Positions 1 through 13,800 of a stretch of DNA of 64,000 nt are shown in pieces (the stretch's first letter is position 1; every line of letters starts with the position of its first letter). The notes under the pieces were generated by a model, which saw only the letters and a list, made by a program, of their open reading frames with translations, did no database searches and was not told the DNA's origin. Origin of the DNA: Zancudomyces culisetae HAW-14-8 (taxonomy: Eukaryota > Fungi > Kickxellomycota). The DNA lies in the NCBI GenBank assembly GCA_052426225.1, contig JBNJNM010000006.1, positions 682,001-746,000 of the forward strand. The letters run 5' to 3'. A program made the translations under genes and the position numbers.

Positions 1-88
1 TTATGATCATGCAAACTTGATGGTTATTAAACGATCACAAATTAATTAATTGACACATATATTAAATGAAATTAACACGATAAAATAG

Positions 89-201
89 CACTTCATGAGG
101 AAGAGGAGTTTGATGTTGGTTTCATGAATGGACATCATGGATTGGACATGGAAGCAGATAGTTTGTTATTGGATTTGGACTTGAATCCAGACCTTGAATG
201 A
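89..201 (+). CDS. Probable terminal exon of a gene starting upstream of the window (acidic tail ...LHEEEEFDVGFMNGHHGLDMEADSLLLDLDLNPDLE*)
   Basis: Branch-like ATTAAC at 71-76 and AATAG acceptor ending at 88, followed by an open, G-richer frame ending in TGA at 199-201. Confidence 0.45.
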
Positions 202-1159
202 TTGTTACTACACCCACTAAATTTAAATTATTGGTTTAATAAAAATTGCGTTTTAATTAATTAATTAATTTATTCATTTATTTTCAATCATATAAGGCTA
301 CTCATTCTAAATGTTCAAATACGTCAGATAGTAAAACTCGCACATACCTATACCCTTAGCGAAACGAGGAAAAAGAGCATGTTTCTCAATTTGGTTCGGT
401 TAAGACTGGGCTGATCTCCTCGATATGAGATAATATGGTGTGTTGGGACGCATTGGGCACGAGTATTTTTGCTGACTGTCCAGGGTCAGTGGGTGTAACA
501 TTTTATTTCACAATGAACAACACCACTTTTTAGTGCAACGCAATATCAATATAATATAGGCGGTTTCTATAAAGAGTATTAATGAGAGTACTGATACATT
601 CAAGTTTATGCTAAATTATAAACTACTTTAAACTGAAATATCAATGAAAACACCTCCCTTCCCCAAACCATTCAGCAAGAAATGAATGATAAGAGATGTG
701 TCAAGTTGGGTAACTAGTCAGGTGCTAGGGTGTTAAGATGTCGGGAATTATGGAACATCAAAAATAATTCCACAAATAAAAAGCTGGTAAAATGATTGTA
801 ATTTGAAACGGGACCGGATTTTTTCCTGACTGTGTTTTTGCTTTTGTGACTTTGAAGTTTATGTAACTCAAAACTGTATTGAGCTAATTTGTTGAGGGAA
901 ATACTGGGAATAAAATAATGAGCAGTTATCTAGGTCAAAATGGGAAATAAATAAATAATTCGGATTTGTAATCTCTATTGTTTATTTTTGAGATTTGAGA
1001 TTTGTCGCACATACAAAGGTCACATTGAAAAGGAAATCCTTTTTAACGAGATTGTTTTATTTTTGTTACGATTAATAGCGCAACACTGAATGATAATCGA
1101 ATTATTCACACTGTTGAAAATGGTTTGAATAAGGGATTTCCAGAAACATATTGAGTAAT

Positions 1160-1352
1160 AAAACGAAAACTAAAAAATAATAACGAAGAACGAAGAACGA
1201 AGAACGAAGAACAAAAAAACAAAAAAACAAAAAAACGAAAAAACGAAAAAACGAAAAACGAAAAACGAAAAACAAATAAAAAATGACAAAAAACCAAATA
1301 ACAAATAAAAAATAACAAATAACAAAAAACAAAAATAAAGAAACAAGAAAAA
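1160..1352. repeat. A-rich degenerate simple repeat (ACGAAGA / AAAAACG / ACAAAT units)
   Basis: Tandem heptamer/octamer units are directly visible; they produce the spurious Phe-rich minus-strand ORFs. Confidence 0.85.
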
Positions 1353-2407
1353 TAGCCCCAAACACGTTGAACTAATCGAAACAAGGCAAAAAAATAATCA
1401 TTTTACCAGGTATGCAGAGTCGTTGCGCAGTGGTTTTCGTGAACATCCCAGGGAAAATAATTGATGGGGATAGAAAATTGCATGTAAAAGTTTTGTATGC
1501 GAGGAAATGAAGTAATTAAATGAAAAGATAGAGAAATAGTAGCAGCGAATGCTTGTGTGTGTATATTGTACATTCGTATGAGTGTGTTTTGGTTTGTGAT
1601 AGGAGTAGAAATATGAATATGAGTATGAATAATAGTATTACCAGCTTTAGTGATTTTAATGGTTTTTTCGGCTATTAACACAGTTACATTCATAAAAAAA
1701 ATTTTATTTCAACTGTTACATAATTTACATGCGCTTAAAAATGAAAGTAGATAACCTTGGCGGAAAATTAAAAAAGGGATGGTTTCTCTAAATTTTATTT
1801 ATAAATACAACAAATAATGCTTAGAAACAGTTTCAAAATAAACAATCGTTGTTATTACAAAAAGTATATTGGCAATACGGTAAAACAACAGTATATTTCC
1901 CAAAAGAAGTGTATTAACCTATTGCAAAAATTACAATATCATAAGTTTGACAACCTTTTTTCTCGTGTTAGCATACAAGAGAACATCAAGACGAATACTG
2001 AAATAAAGAACCCAAGGTTGCAAAAACAGGTAATGTTAGGTATATAAGAAATAGTTGTGAAGAAAGAATGTTTGTTTTACGAGAAATTATATGTTATAAA
2101 TAACACTGCGTGCAAACAGGTTTTGTAAAAAGCACTTATTGGTCTATTCAAATGATAAAAATACAACTTAATAAAGCTCGGGGAATAAAAGAATGTTTTA
2201 GTATCATGAAAACAAAAGAATATAATGGTTCTTTATGTTGGCAACAACACGAATATGAAATAAATTATAAATACCATGAAATATTATCAATTGATACAGC
2301 TTTTAATGAAATCAATAACAGGCTAAAAGTAAAAAGCTAAAAAACTACAAACTACGAGCTAAAAGTCGAATAAAAAACTAAAATAGATCCTGATAGGGGC
2401 GAGAAAA

Positions 2408-4682
2408 ATGACAAAGCAAGCTACAACAGATAAATTTGATATTGTTCACAAACCCAATGCTGACTACGACCTGGTAAACTTTAATCTGACAGCTAATGAC
2501 ATCAATATAAAGCTTGAAAAGATACTGAAGGAAGGAAAGGATGTGTTGGATAAGGTAGCAAGCATAAAGCCATCAAACGGAAACAATGGGGTAGGAGAAG
2601 AGGCCGGCTTTGATAATGTTATTGGGTATATTTCTAGGCATGATAATGAGACGGCGGCTGAAATATCCTCGATATCATTTCTCCAGTATGTATCATCGGA
2701 CCCAGAGATCAGAAAAGCGAGTGTAGCAGCTGAGAAAAAGCTTCGAGTAAGAAAAGACCTATTTTTTTGATATTGATATTGAAATTGATATTGAAATTGA
2801 AATTGATATTGATATTTTCGATGTACCCATCTGCTAATATTGTACAGTTACTAGTAAAAAAGAGAAAAGAGAAATTTTGTGAAATACAACAGTTACAAAA
2901 GAATTCGAATTGTATTTGGTCAAATAGGAATTTGATATTGATTCAAAGATGAGGGATGATGTATACAGCGTAGTAAAAAGAGTGATTGATTCCAAGGAAA
3001 AATGGGAAGGATTGTGTGAAGAGGATAAAAGACTAGTTAATAAAACCGAGCTCATGTATAAGCGGGTAGGAATGCAGCTGGAGAAGAGTGAGCGGGACAA
3101 GCTAAAGGAAATCAAGAAGCGACTGTCGGAGTTATCGATAGACTTTCAGGAAAATATCATCAAGGACGACGGCGTGATATGGTTTAGTAAAAACGAACTC
3201 GAGGGACTTCCAGATGACTTTTTTGAGGGTCGGACGCAAAAAGAGGATAAGGAAGATGGACAGGTTAAGTACGAGGTAACTACCAAATACCCAGATCTGT
3301 TTCCAGTATTGAGAATGGCGAAAAATGGAGAAACCAGAAGAAGATTGCAGGTGTTTGAGGCACAGCGGTGCAAAGAAAACGTAAAGATTCTAGAAGAGGC
3401 CGTTGAACTTCGCTTTGAGGCAGCCAAAATTCTTGGATACAAGAGCCACGCAGACTTTGTGCTTGAAAACAAAATGGCCAAGACAGTAGCAAATGTGGAG
3501 AAATTTGAAAAGGAGCTGAGGGAACTGTTGGAACCAATTGCAGCAAAGGAACTTGAGGATATGCTGGAGCTAAAGAGGAAAGACGAAGGTGCAAAAGGTG
3601 CAAATGTAGATGACTGTATTTACGTATGGGATTTTAGATACTATTTGCGCCTGTTAAAGGAAAAGCTATACAATGTTGATGAAGAAAAGATCAAAGAGTA
3701 TTTTGCAATGGAAAATGTGGTTAGCGGAATCTTAAGCATCTACCAAGAAATGTTGGGGCTCAAGTTTATCCAGGTAGATAACTCGTCTGGCTGGCACAAA
3801 GATGCCCAGCTATTTGAAGTATACAACAGTGAGGATAAGAGCTTTGTTGGTCATTTCTGGATGGATATGCATCCACGCGAAGGCAAATATACACATGCAG
3901 CTTGTTGGTCGCTGCGACCAGGCTTCGAGAGAGCTGATGGGTCAAGACAGTATCCTGTCTCGGCGATTGTTGCCAATCTATCCAAACCAACACCAACCCG
4001 CCCATCTCTCCTTAAGCACGACGAGCTGGTTACATTTTTCCACGAGTTTGGCCATTTGATGCACAACATTTGTTCGCAAACGAAATGGTCGCGGTTCCAT
4101 GGCGTTGAGGTCGAGCGTGACTTTGTAGAAGCGCCATCCCAAATGCTCGAGAATTGGTGCTGGGAACCCGAAGTTCTGCAGACTTTTGCAAAACATTATG
4201 AAACCAACGAACCAATTCCAGCTGAGGTGGTAACTAAGCTAGTCAATGCCAAAAACTTGGGTGCTGGCCTGCTAAATCTGCGTCAAATCTTTTTTGGCTT
4301 GTTCGATTTACAGCTTCACAGCCTAACTTCATCACCAAAGGTTAATCCTATTGATATTGTCAAACTCTACAATGATCTGCGCTTCCAGATCTCCAATGTC
4401 CACAGCGGAGAGGAGGAAACCTGGCAAGTTGCCACTTTTGGTCACATTATGGGTGGGTATGACAGTGGGTACTATGGTTATCTCTGGTCTGAAGTCTTTT
4501 CAGCAGACATGTTTTATAGCCGTTTCAAAGTTGAAGGTTTGAAAAACAAAAAAACTGGCTACGACTACAAAAACCTTGTGCTAGGACCTGGTGGTAGCAA
4601 AGATGGTATGGATATTTTGATTGACTTTTTGGGCAGGGAACCAAACAATGTCTCTTTTCTTAAATCTATTGGCATTTACTGA
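2408..4682 (+). CDS. PRD1: M3A metallo-oligopeptidase (thimet oligopeptidase/saccharolysin-like); join(2408..2746,2928..4682)
   Basis: HEFGH zinc motif in FFHEFGHLMH; HPREGKYTHAA, ERDFVEAPSQMLENW, FGHIMGGYDSGYYGYLWSEV and FLGREPN motifs. A phase-0 GTAAGA...ATAG intron at 2747..2927 joins the two ORFs in frame. Confidence 0.92.
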
Positions 4683-4776
4683 TTTACTTTTTTACTTTTT
4701 TATTTACTTATTTACATTTTGATTCACCTTTAGCTCGATGTGAATAAAAACATCTCTCAATTTTTTATTGCCAGTG

Positions 4777-6429
4777 CTAAATGTGCAATAGTGTTAGTTT
4801 TCCAGTGACATCACTTTCTTTTTCACCACCTTTGTCTGCTCTCATCCCATCCAAAGCTGTATTTTTTTTACCTTGTGTTTTTTTAATTCGTGATTGTTCC
4901 TTTTGTCGCCTTTTGGCTTCAATTTTTTTCTGTCTATTTGACACATATCCAGATTGGTGTCCTTGGGCCGTATGTTCTTTTTTGTTGTTTTTTACATTTG
5001 CACCTTCGGTATTTGTGGGTTCTTGTATCGTTTTTGCGGTCTTGTTTTTTTTATCCTTTTGCCTTCTCATTCCCTTTTCTGTCACTATTGCTTTTTCTTT
5101 TTCTTTTTCTTTTTCTTTTGAGTCACATTTTTTCGGGTTTTTTTTGTCAATATCAGCATCTAATCCCACCTTATCACCTATACCACTACCTTGATTCTCA
5201 TTTTTTTGGTGCTGTTCCGACTCTGGTTCCAACTCTTCTTCGTGTTCATTTTTCTCACCAGCAATACCATTCTCGTTAGAAATTGATGACATATATACTT
5301 CATCTATTACAGAGTCTACGTCCCAGTTATGTTTGATCAACAGATTTGTAGCCACTTCTTCGCTGGTTAGGTCTGTTGCTTGAATGACAATTTTTACTTT
5401 GGATTTCATTTTTTTTCTATTCTCTTCCGAAAGAAGCATCATATTTATCGAACCCCCACCACCACTACTGCTAAACTGCTGGTTCATCGACATACTTTCA
5501 TTCTTAAATTCTGGAATACCATCTCCCGTGTCTTCTTTTTCACGGATTGAAGAGTAATGTTCATAATCATGATATGCGATATGCAGCTGACGCCTTTTCG
5601 CAAGCCTATTGGTACCACTACCACTGTTTCCACCATTACTGCTACCATCAATTAAAAATACAGTCCCACCAGCCTGATAAACCTTAATATCAACATCAAA
5701 ACACCTAGCAAATGCTACCAGCTCCAAATTTCCGCCATAAACTCCTCTTTTTTTCATCAAGCTGACATATCGTTCAAAAGTTGTGGTTTCGTCGATAAAT
5801 GGTTCAAACTCTTCTCGATTCCCCAGTATATATTCACACGTCTTTTCTCGCAAAAAAAGATGCTTAATAGGACTGCCATAATACTGATCTGCAAGCGATC
5901 TATATTTATTTCCATTTCATATTTATTCTAACAAACTTTGTTTCCTGCAAACAGAGACGAAATGCAAAACACAGCATAATATTTATTTATGCTACATCAC
6001 TTGCCTGAATAAACAGTTTCCATCCCCTTCAATCTCTTTTAAACACAAACCCAATTCTTCTAGATACTCTGAAATATCTAAATGTTCGAAAGAATTTGCT
6101 CCATCTTGCTGTCCGTGATGATTTTTAATATAGATATTTAGTACTTAAATTTCTAGGACTCAGTAAAACAAACCTCACGGATTTTAAATAAAAAGAAATT
6201 AATAAAAATACTCACATTACCAGCAGCTCTAGCGTTTCCTATAAATCAACATTTTATTCATATACCTTTTTTTAGTCAAGTATTTGCAACCTGTAATGAT
6301 GCAGGAGCACTGCTGTCGAGAAAATAAAATCCGTAAAAAAAATAATATTTTGTATTTATTTGTAAATTCTTAGTGCATTATCGTTACTAATTCATTATTA
6401 TTACCCGTTATCTTTTTGCTCCTGACCAT
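4777..6429 (-). CDS. OTU-domain deubiquitinase (OTUD3-like) with a possible UBA/CUE-like segment and a Lys-rich tail. Core exons are ~6005..6104 and 4777..5899; 5' mini-exons 6405..6429 and 6221..6238 are tentative.
   Basis: Splicing out 5900..6004 gives GDGNCLFR|SLADQ (catalytic Cys box). YGGNLELVAFA and LHIAYHDYEHYSSIR (His box) follow. The upstream exons are inferred only from splice signals and frame. Confidence 0.82.
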
Positions 6430-6797
6430 TTTCCCACAACATATTTACAAGTGACTTCAACTTTAAATAAGTATAACAATAAATGTATTTAACCTAGCTT
6501 GTTTGTGATCAATTTTTCTTATTTGCAGATCCTATTTCATTTCCTTGTAAATGAAAAACGAAAAAAAAGGGCAAATTAACTGGGTAAAAAAATTGTATGA
6601 TGAGTGTTATGCAATATGAAATCGTAAGGGTGTTTAAAGTGTTTATTTTTTTTTTGGTATTCGATAATATCTGCCCTTTATTTTCTTTGCTTTTTTTCTT
6701 GCAAAAAAAAAACAACTCGGTAATGCTTTCTTTGTTCCTGAAAGAATTCAGAAATTTGAAGTTTGGAAATGATAAAACGATAACCACGATTTTAAAA

Positions 6798-8358
6798 ATG
6801 GGTAGCAATCAAAGTTGGTCAAAGAAAAATAAAGATTATACCAGGGACAAAAGCACAAGCTCGGAGAGTTTTTATGCTGTGAGGAAAGGACGGACGGCCG
6901 GGGTTTATACCGAATGGGCAAAATGTCAGGAGCAGGTTTCTGGTTTTTCGGGCGCGGAATTTCGGAAATTCGATAACATGGAGCAGGCCCAAAGATTCAT
7001 GCAATACCTTCCAGTAGAAGAAAAAAAGAAAAAAACAAATCCACCACCGATTCTTATTACCAAGCCCAGTGTATTGACTACTCAGCCACAACAGCCCAAT
7101 TCCACCCCCACGACCAACAGTGGAAATCAACCTGACGAACGAGGCTTTGGTAAAAAACGAAAGTCAAATCGCGCGCCACTGATTGAAAGCAGCAAAAGGT
7201 TTAGCTCTGGCGAATCATCTGACTTGAGAATAAAGAAGGAGGAATCTGATGTTCGTGACCACTACTATCAAAATCCAAGGAATGATTTTGGTAGAAAAAG
7301 ATACTATGACTATTTTGATAGAGACTCCACATCAGCGAATGCCAACCGTGATGATTCCAGGCGGGTGCGAGATGATCGTAGATCCAGACATAGAGATCGG
7401 TCACCAGAGCCTTACAGAAGGGATAGTAGAAATTCTGATAGCTATGCGCGCAAATCGCAAGTTCCAAGCGTTTTTGATGATATTGTACTGAAACCAGAAA
7501 AAAACTCGGAGGAATTTGTATCTAGCACAACGCTTTCACAGAGTACTGCGATTAATGCTACAATTCCTAGCAGCACAATTTTACAACCGGGTCGAAAGAC
7601 AAATGCGACCGATAAGGGTGGAACAAAAGGAGGCACAAACAAAATCTTCAGTGTGTATACCGATGGAGCATGTAGTGGTAATGGAAAAGGTGGTAGTCAA
7701 GCAGGTTTGGGTGTATTTTTTGGGGATGGTGATCCAAGAAATCTCAGCGAAAGACTACAGGGACCTCAGACGAACAATCGAGCCGAACTTATGGTAAGTT
7801 TTTTTTTGCTCTCTTTTTTTTGTACAGTTTTGCTAATTTGATTTCAATGATGATGCAATAAGACATAAATTGTATATTTTTAGGCAATTATAAGAGCATT
7901 AGAGGTAATAGCACATGAGAAAAAGAACGGCAATATACGTGAGACATACAAAAGGATAGTGGTATATACAGACAGCATGTACGCTATAAACTGTGTAACA
8001 AAATGGATATTCAAATGGTCAATTAACAATTGGAAGACATCATCTCAAAATGAAGTTTTAAACCGTGATCTTATAGAAAGGCTTTTCAAGTTGATTGGTA
8101 AAGCTGGAAAAATTGTGGAATTTGTAAGGAATTTGTATAGCAAGAATGCAAAATATGAAAATATCTTTTGTTTTATTTATTTATCTGGGTTTGAGTTGCA
8201 AAAGGGATGGTATATGAGGAAATGTTAATTATTAATATGGAATTTTAATATTTAAATGTACATAGAAACATGTTTTGGGGCATTCAGCAATTCATGGTAA
8301 TGAAATGGCAGATAGGTTGGCGGTTAATGGGAGCAAACTACCAGAAGCGACTGCATGA
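6798..8358 (+). CDS. RNH1: Ribonuclease H1; join(6798..7793,7884..8123,8266..8358)
   Basis: N-terminal hybrid-binding domain FYAVRKGR..GVYTEW..C.EQV.GF.GA.FRKF. Catalytic motifs VYTDGACSGNG, QTNNRAEL, YTDSMY and HVLGH...GNEMADRLA. Canonical GT-AG introns keep the frame. Confidence 0.92.
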
Positions 8359-8528
8359 TGAATAAACACATCTAATTGATTCTTGGTGTTTCTTATACAT
8401 CTTTATTTTATCATTTATTTCAGTTTAAAAAAATGTCTGTATTTTTAAGTAAAACAAAGTTTTTGATGTTTTTTCAATTTTGATTGCAAAATTAAAAGAT
8501 GTATATATAAATAGAAGAATAATTTCAT

Positions 8529-9320
8529 TTATAGGTATTTGAGTTTGATACTTGGTTCATTACAAGCAAAAGAAATAGAAGCAATTACCAATGTTAATAT
8601 GAATGGAAAGAACACCAATACCGAATACACATACTCATTATTTGGGTTCTCAAGGGATATAATAAATTTTGCTAACTTCAAGTAGTATTCGGTGAAGAGG
8701 TTGATTGATCCACCAGCGACCAAAAGAAATGAGCCCAACAGTGATACATAAATATTTAGAACAACGTTCTGGTTATTGTTATTGTTATTGTTATTGTTAT
8801 TGTTATTGTTATTGCTATTGTTATTGTTATTACTGCTTTCATACCAAAATACCGATACTGTGAGGAATATTGATAATCCCAAAAACAACGCTGCTTTGAT
8901 GAGTAGGCCTAGCATAAATTCGGTATCAATGAATGCGACAACATAGAAGGTTAATACCAAGCCGATAGAAAGACTGAAGTATACTAGTCCGATCCGTCTT
9001 TGATATTTCCCAAGCAAGCCGAACAATATGCCAAGGAGCAACATAGTTACAAGTCTGCCAGTAGGATTAATACCCGAAAAAATATCCAGTGCCCTATCTA
9101 AAGAACATGTGAAGATTTGGATAAATGTGGTACTAAAGGCAAACCCAGCAATAAAAAAACATGGTTTGGGGTTTTGGAGTCCTGGGTGTATCAAGAATAT
9201 ACCACAACACATGACAAGGATACTTTGTAAACTGAGAATTGTAAATGTCGTTTCATTTTCACCAAGAGTTGTAAGTACTTGATTTAGCTGGTTTATGGTT
9301 TGGATTTTATCTACTACCAT
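8529..9320 (-). CDS. Multi-pass membrane protein (~7 TM; possibly TM7S3/TMEM198/DUF4203-like) with a poly-Asn loop
   Basis: 263-aa ORF with about seven Gly-rich hydrophobic segments. The family assignment is by resemblance only. Confidence 0.6.
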   Translation of the reverse strand: MVVDKIQTINQLNQVLTTLGENETTFTILSLQSILVMCCGIFLIHPGLQNPKPCFFIAGFAFSTTFIQIFTCSLDRALDIFSGINPTGRLVTMLLLGILFGLLGKYQRRIGLVYFSLSIGLVLTFYVVAFIDTEFMLGLLIKAALFLGLSIFLTVSVFWYESSNNNNNSNNNNNNNNNNNNNNQNVVLNIYVSLLGSFLLVAGGSINLFTEYYLKLAKFIISLENPNNEYVYSVLVFFPFILTLVIASISFACNEPSIKLKYL

Positions 9321-10171
9321 CTCTTTTTCTTTTTCTTTTTCTTTTTCTTTTTCTTTTTCTTTTTCGTTTTTATTTTTGAATATTTATGTTTTAAAATACT
9401 CTTACTAACAATAATAGTGAAAGAAAGAGAGAGAGAGAGAGAGAGAGACAAGAGAAAAGAAAAAACCAGGAGAATATATTACTAAAAGGATATTTTATGT
9501 TTACAACATTATTATTTTTTTCATGATGATATACATCAATTTGCATTAAAACACTCATATTTGTTTACAATATTTAATATGGCTTGAAAACCACAAACAA
9601 ACCCATACCAGAAATTGAAAAAATAGTACAATAAAAGTCAGTCTGACTAGACTTGTATGCAAGTTTGAAAGTTTGATATTCTAGAATTAGCCTTTTAACA
9701 CTAAACAATACAATATATAATTATAAAAGAAAAATACTGTTTATTGAAAAAGAAAAAGTAAAGTAAAAAAATATTAAAAAAAATTTTTTTTTTTTTCGTG
9801 ATGGAAACAAAGATGGAAAAAAAAAATTACTGGAATCAATTTGTAGAATTTTAATGTTTACATTATTGAAAAAAATAAATAAATAGTATATTTTAATGAA
9901 AAACAGGGCTTAAAGAGAAATACTAGAACGGCGGACAAATATATAAACAAATATAAAGATATACAAATACAAATGTATAAAAAAGTTCTAGTATAGTAAA
10001 TGTAAAAAGAAAGCAAATCAAAAACAATTCAATTCAGTTCAAATCAATTCAAAACAACAAATCTTTTTCTTTTTTTCTTCTTTTTAGTAACAACTAGTAT
10101 TAAAAGAAAAAAGCAAAGTAATTAAAACAGAATAAGAATACTACAAGATAGCAGAGGAGGTGAAAATAAAG

Positions 10172-10790
10172 ATGACAAGCTGGAAAATAGGTAAATATGA
10201 GGAGATCTTACAGATGCTTGGGGTGGCGTTCAATTCGGTTGGAGAGAGTGCAGAATTTAGCCTGAAAGAGTTTGAAAAGAAACTGGAGGAACCGATGGAA
10301 TCGTTAGCCAGACTTTTTGAATTTGGAGGGAAGAATGCAATGAAACGAACCAATCTTGAAAATGGTAAGTTGTCTTTTTAATTTAACTTGATTTAATTTT
10401 AATCTTGATTTGTTTATTATTTAATTTTTAAAAAAAAACAATAATGTAAAAAGGAAAATGAATTGAAAATAATAGGGCAAATAAAGGTATCAGGGGAAGA
10501 AATGAAGGTGAATGCCAGGTTTATAGAGGAGACGAAAAAGACAAGTGAATTTTTGGAACTGGATGAGGAGGTAGCAGCAACAATAGTTCATGGGGCAATG
10601 GGATACGAAAGCAGGTTAGAGAGGACGGCAGCCGAGTGTGCAGTATTGTTATACTATTCGGAGCGGCAAAAGATGTTGGTATGTTTGGAGAATATATTTT
10701 TGGGGGGAGTAAAAGAGGAGATATGGACAGAGGTTAGAAGGATATTGTTGAAGGTAGCAGATAGGATATTGAGTAGTACGCTACAAGTTA

Positions 10791-10826
<36 letters not shown>

Positions 10827-13800
10827 GAGGAGGGGGAGGGGAGCAGAAGGATATGTTTCCAGAGAGGGTATTGAAGGCGATAAAGAAAAACAAACAGGAG
10901 AGGGAGAGAGTTAGGAAGCAAGTGGTGGAGGGGATAAGTGAGGAGACAAAAGCGGAGGTAGAGGCAAGTTTGAGAGAGGAGAATCGGATTTTGGGGGGGA
11001 TATACTATGTGATAGCATCGGAATACGAGTTGAATTCAGAAGAGTTATTGAGTTTGGTGAGTTTTGGACAAGAGATGAGTCATGAGGAAGAAGAAAGTAT
11101 ACAGATGGTAGCGAGCATGCTAGCGGCATTTGATACGGGGATAATAGGCGAGGGAGCGGCAGAGGTGGAGAAGTATGAGGAGAAAGTGGTGAACAAGATA
11201 ACGGTGTTGAGTATGGATAAAGGGTTTGTTGAGAGGTTGGATAACAAGATTATGAGGGAGAAATGGACGGAGACAGGGTTGCAAAGTTTGATTCAGATTC
11301 AATGGAGTCTTGGGGTGCTTATAGGGATTAAGAGGGTGGCAAAGTTTTCGGAAAAGGTAGGGTATAATGAAGAAACGGTGGAAAAGAATGTGGAGAATGC
11401 GATTAAGATGGGAGGATATGAGTTTGGAATAGAGTATTTACTTGGATATAAAGGAGGTAGTGAAGAAGAAGATGAGGAGGATGGAGAGATGAGAGAAGGA
11501 GGAGACGGGATGGGAATAGGAGAGGGAGAAAAGAGAAGGAGAAATGGTGGTAGTAAATATAAAAAGATAGTAGAGGTTGATGAGGAAGTTGCAGAGAGAA
11601 TAGAGTTTAGGATTCAGAGGATGCAAATGATGATGATTAGTAGGATGACATATGTGATAAGGAAGATTAGGTATCAAGAAGAAGAGGAGATAAGTAAATA
11701 TCAACAGGAACAGATTTTGGAGCAACAAAGAGAGGAGCAAAGACGAGCACAGCAGTTTTATGAGATGAGTCGAAGAGAATTTAGTAGGTATTATGGTACA
11801 ATGGAAAGAGGAGAAAGAGAAAGAGAGAGAGAAAGAGAGAGGGAAAAGGAGAGGGAAAAGGAGAAGGGGGAAGGGAGAGGAAAAGAACCTAGAAGAGATA
11901 CAGAAAAGTTATTTAGGTTTATAGGCAAGGCATTTAAAAAGCGAAGGGGAGCAGGAATTAGATTTTGGCAAGCGGATATGAATGAGGGAAGTGAAATTGA
12001 GGATCGGTTAGTGACGTTTATAAGATGGGGAGCAGATATGAAGGAAGAAGGAATGATTAGAGGATATTTATATATGATTACGGGGCTTAGTGAAGGTAGT
12101 AAATCAGCGTATTGCGCATACGAATTTTTACAAACAGGAGCAGGAGTAGGAACAGGAATTGGAACAGGGGGAGGAGGAGTAACAGGAGGAAAGAGAGATT
12201 TGGATGTTGAAAGGGGAATATATAATTATAGATCACCATTATGTTCATGGGAAGCATTATTTCAGTCGTTAGAGTATTATCAACAAATGATGAAAATGGG
12301 AGTAGGAATGGGGATGGGAATGGGAGAGGGGAAAATGGGATATAAAGGGGAGAATAGTTATATCCCAAGTACAGAGATAAAAGTGATAGAGGTATTTTTA
12401 GATTTGTTGATTAAAGTAACAGAGGAGTCGATAGCAGCAAGGGCAGGATTATATGAGAATCGAGAGTATGCAGCGATTCCGACGTTATTTAAGATGATAG
12501 CGCGACAAGTTCCTAGTAAAATCAAGGCCAAGTTGATAGAAGCAGTGGCGGCGTTTTGTGGACCAATTAAGGAGGAAGAGGAAAGGGAATTGGAGGAACC
12601 GGAAAAGATTAAACAAGGGATTTATGGAATAGTTGTGCAGGTGATGAAGATGATGAAGGTTAGTCAAATGTTGAGTAGAAGAGGAGGAATGGGGATGGGG
12701 ATGGGGATGGGGATGGGGATGGGAAGAGTAGGAGATGAAGAGGAAGAAATACGAGATATTAAATGGCAATTAAGAGTAGAAATAATGGAAGAGATTGAAG
12801 CAAAAGGAATTAGGGGAGAGTATTATTTGAGTAGAGCAATCCTAAAGTTAGTAAAGACACTAGTAATAGCACAACAACAACAACAAATAAAAGGAATGAT
12901 AATGATGGAAAATGAAAATGAAAATGAAAATAAAAAGGAAAAGGAAAAGGAAAATAAAGAGTATGTAGGATTTGTAATGGAACAAGTAGTGAGTAAGATT
13001 TGGGAGGGAATAGAATTAAAGGACAAGCGAAAATGGGAAATGATAACAAGTGGATTCGAGATAATATCGAGTAGCATAGAGAGTTTGAAGGTGCAATTGG
13101 AAGCGAGTAAGAACAAGAAATCCGGTATAAATACAAGTGAACAATATTTGGGAGTAGTGGAACAAGTAGGATTTGAGATAGTGATGAATATATTGAGTGG
13201 GATGGAAGTGTTTAATAAGATCAGTCAGGTTATAGAGTTGGGGGTGGATTGTATTAACAATAAGGAAATGAGACATATTCAAAGAGCAGTGGATTTGGGA
13301 TTGATAATATTTTATAAAGTAATGGAGATTCAACAGAGTATATTGGAACAAGTGATTCCTCAATTATTGGAAGTGAGTATGAATAAGAGAATAGATACAA
13401 ATACAAATATAGATATAGATATAGGTATAGAAATAGAAAGAATTCCCAAGAGTGCGACAAAGTTGGATCGATTATTGGTATTGCGACCAAAAGTGGTAGA
13501 GGAAATAGCATCATATATCAATAGTATGTATAGCGATTCGATATGTGAGACATCCGTTAAAATCATTAGTTTTCTATCACAAAGTAATGAATTTATTGGA
13601 AAAGAAAATGAATACGAATCATTTATAACAACCAATAATAATAATAATAGTAATAATAATACTATTAATAATAATGAGGATGCAAGCCATAGAGGACAAT
13701 TGGTATTTATGAATCGATTGGTTAGGATTATATCGAATAGTTCGGAGAGTACAAGAATATTACATGGTTATATTAGTAGGTTAGAAATGTTTCAACAAGA

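Noticed and set aside
340-540. GC-richer patch, possibly ncRNA or exon
   Set aside because: No recognisable snRNA or tRNA motif and no convincing open frame with splice sites.
1102-1384. Three Phe-rich minus-strand ORFs
   Set aside because: By-product of the A-rich simple repeat, which lacks stops in all frames.
6597-6797. Hydrophobic N-terminal extension of RNase H1 in the ORF track
   Set aside because: It reads through T-rich promoter-like DNA. ATG 6798 has the AAAAATG context and directly precedes the conserved domain. An upstream mitochondrial-isoform start cannot be fully excluded.
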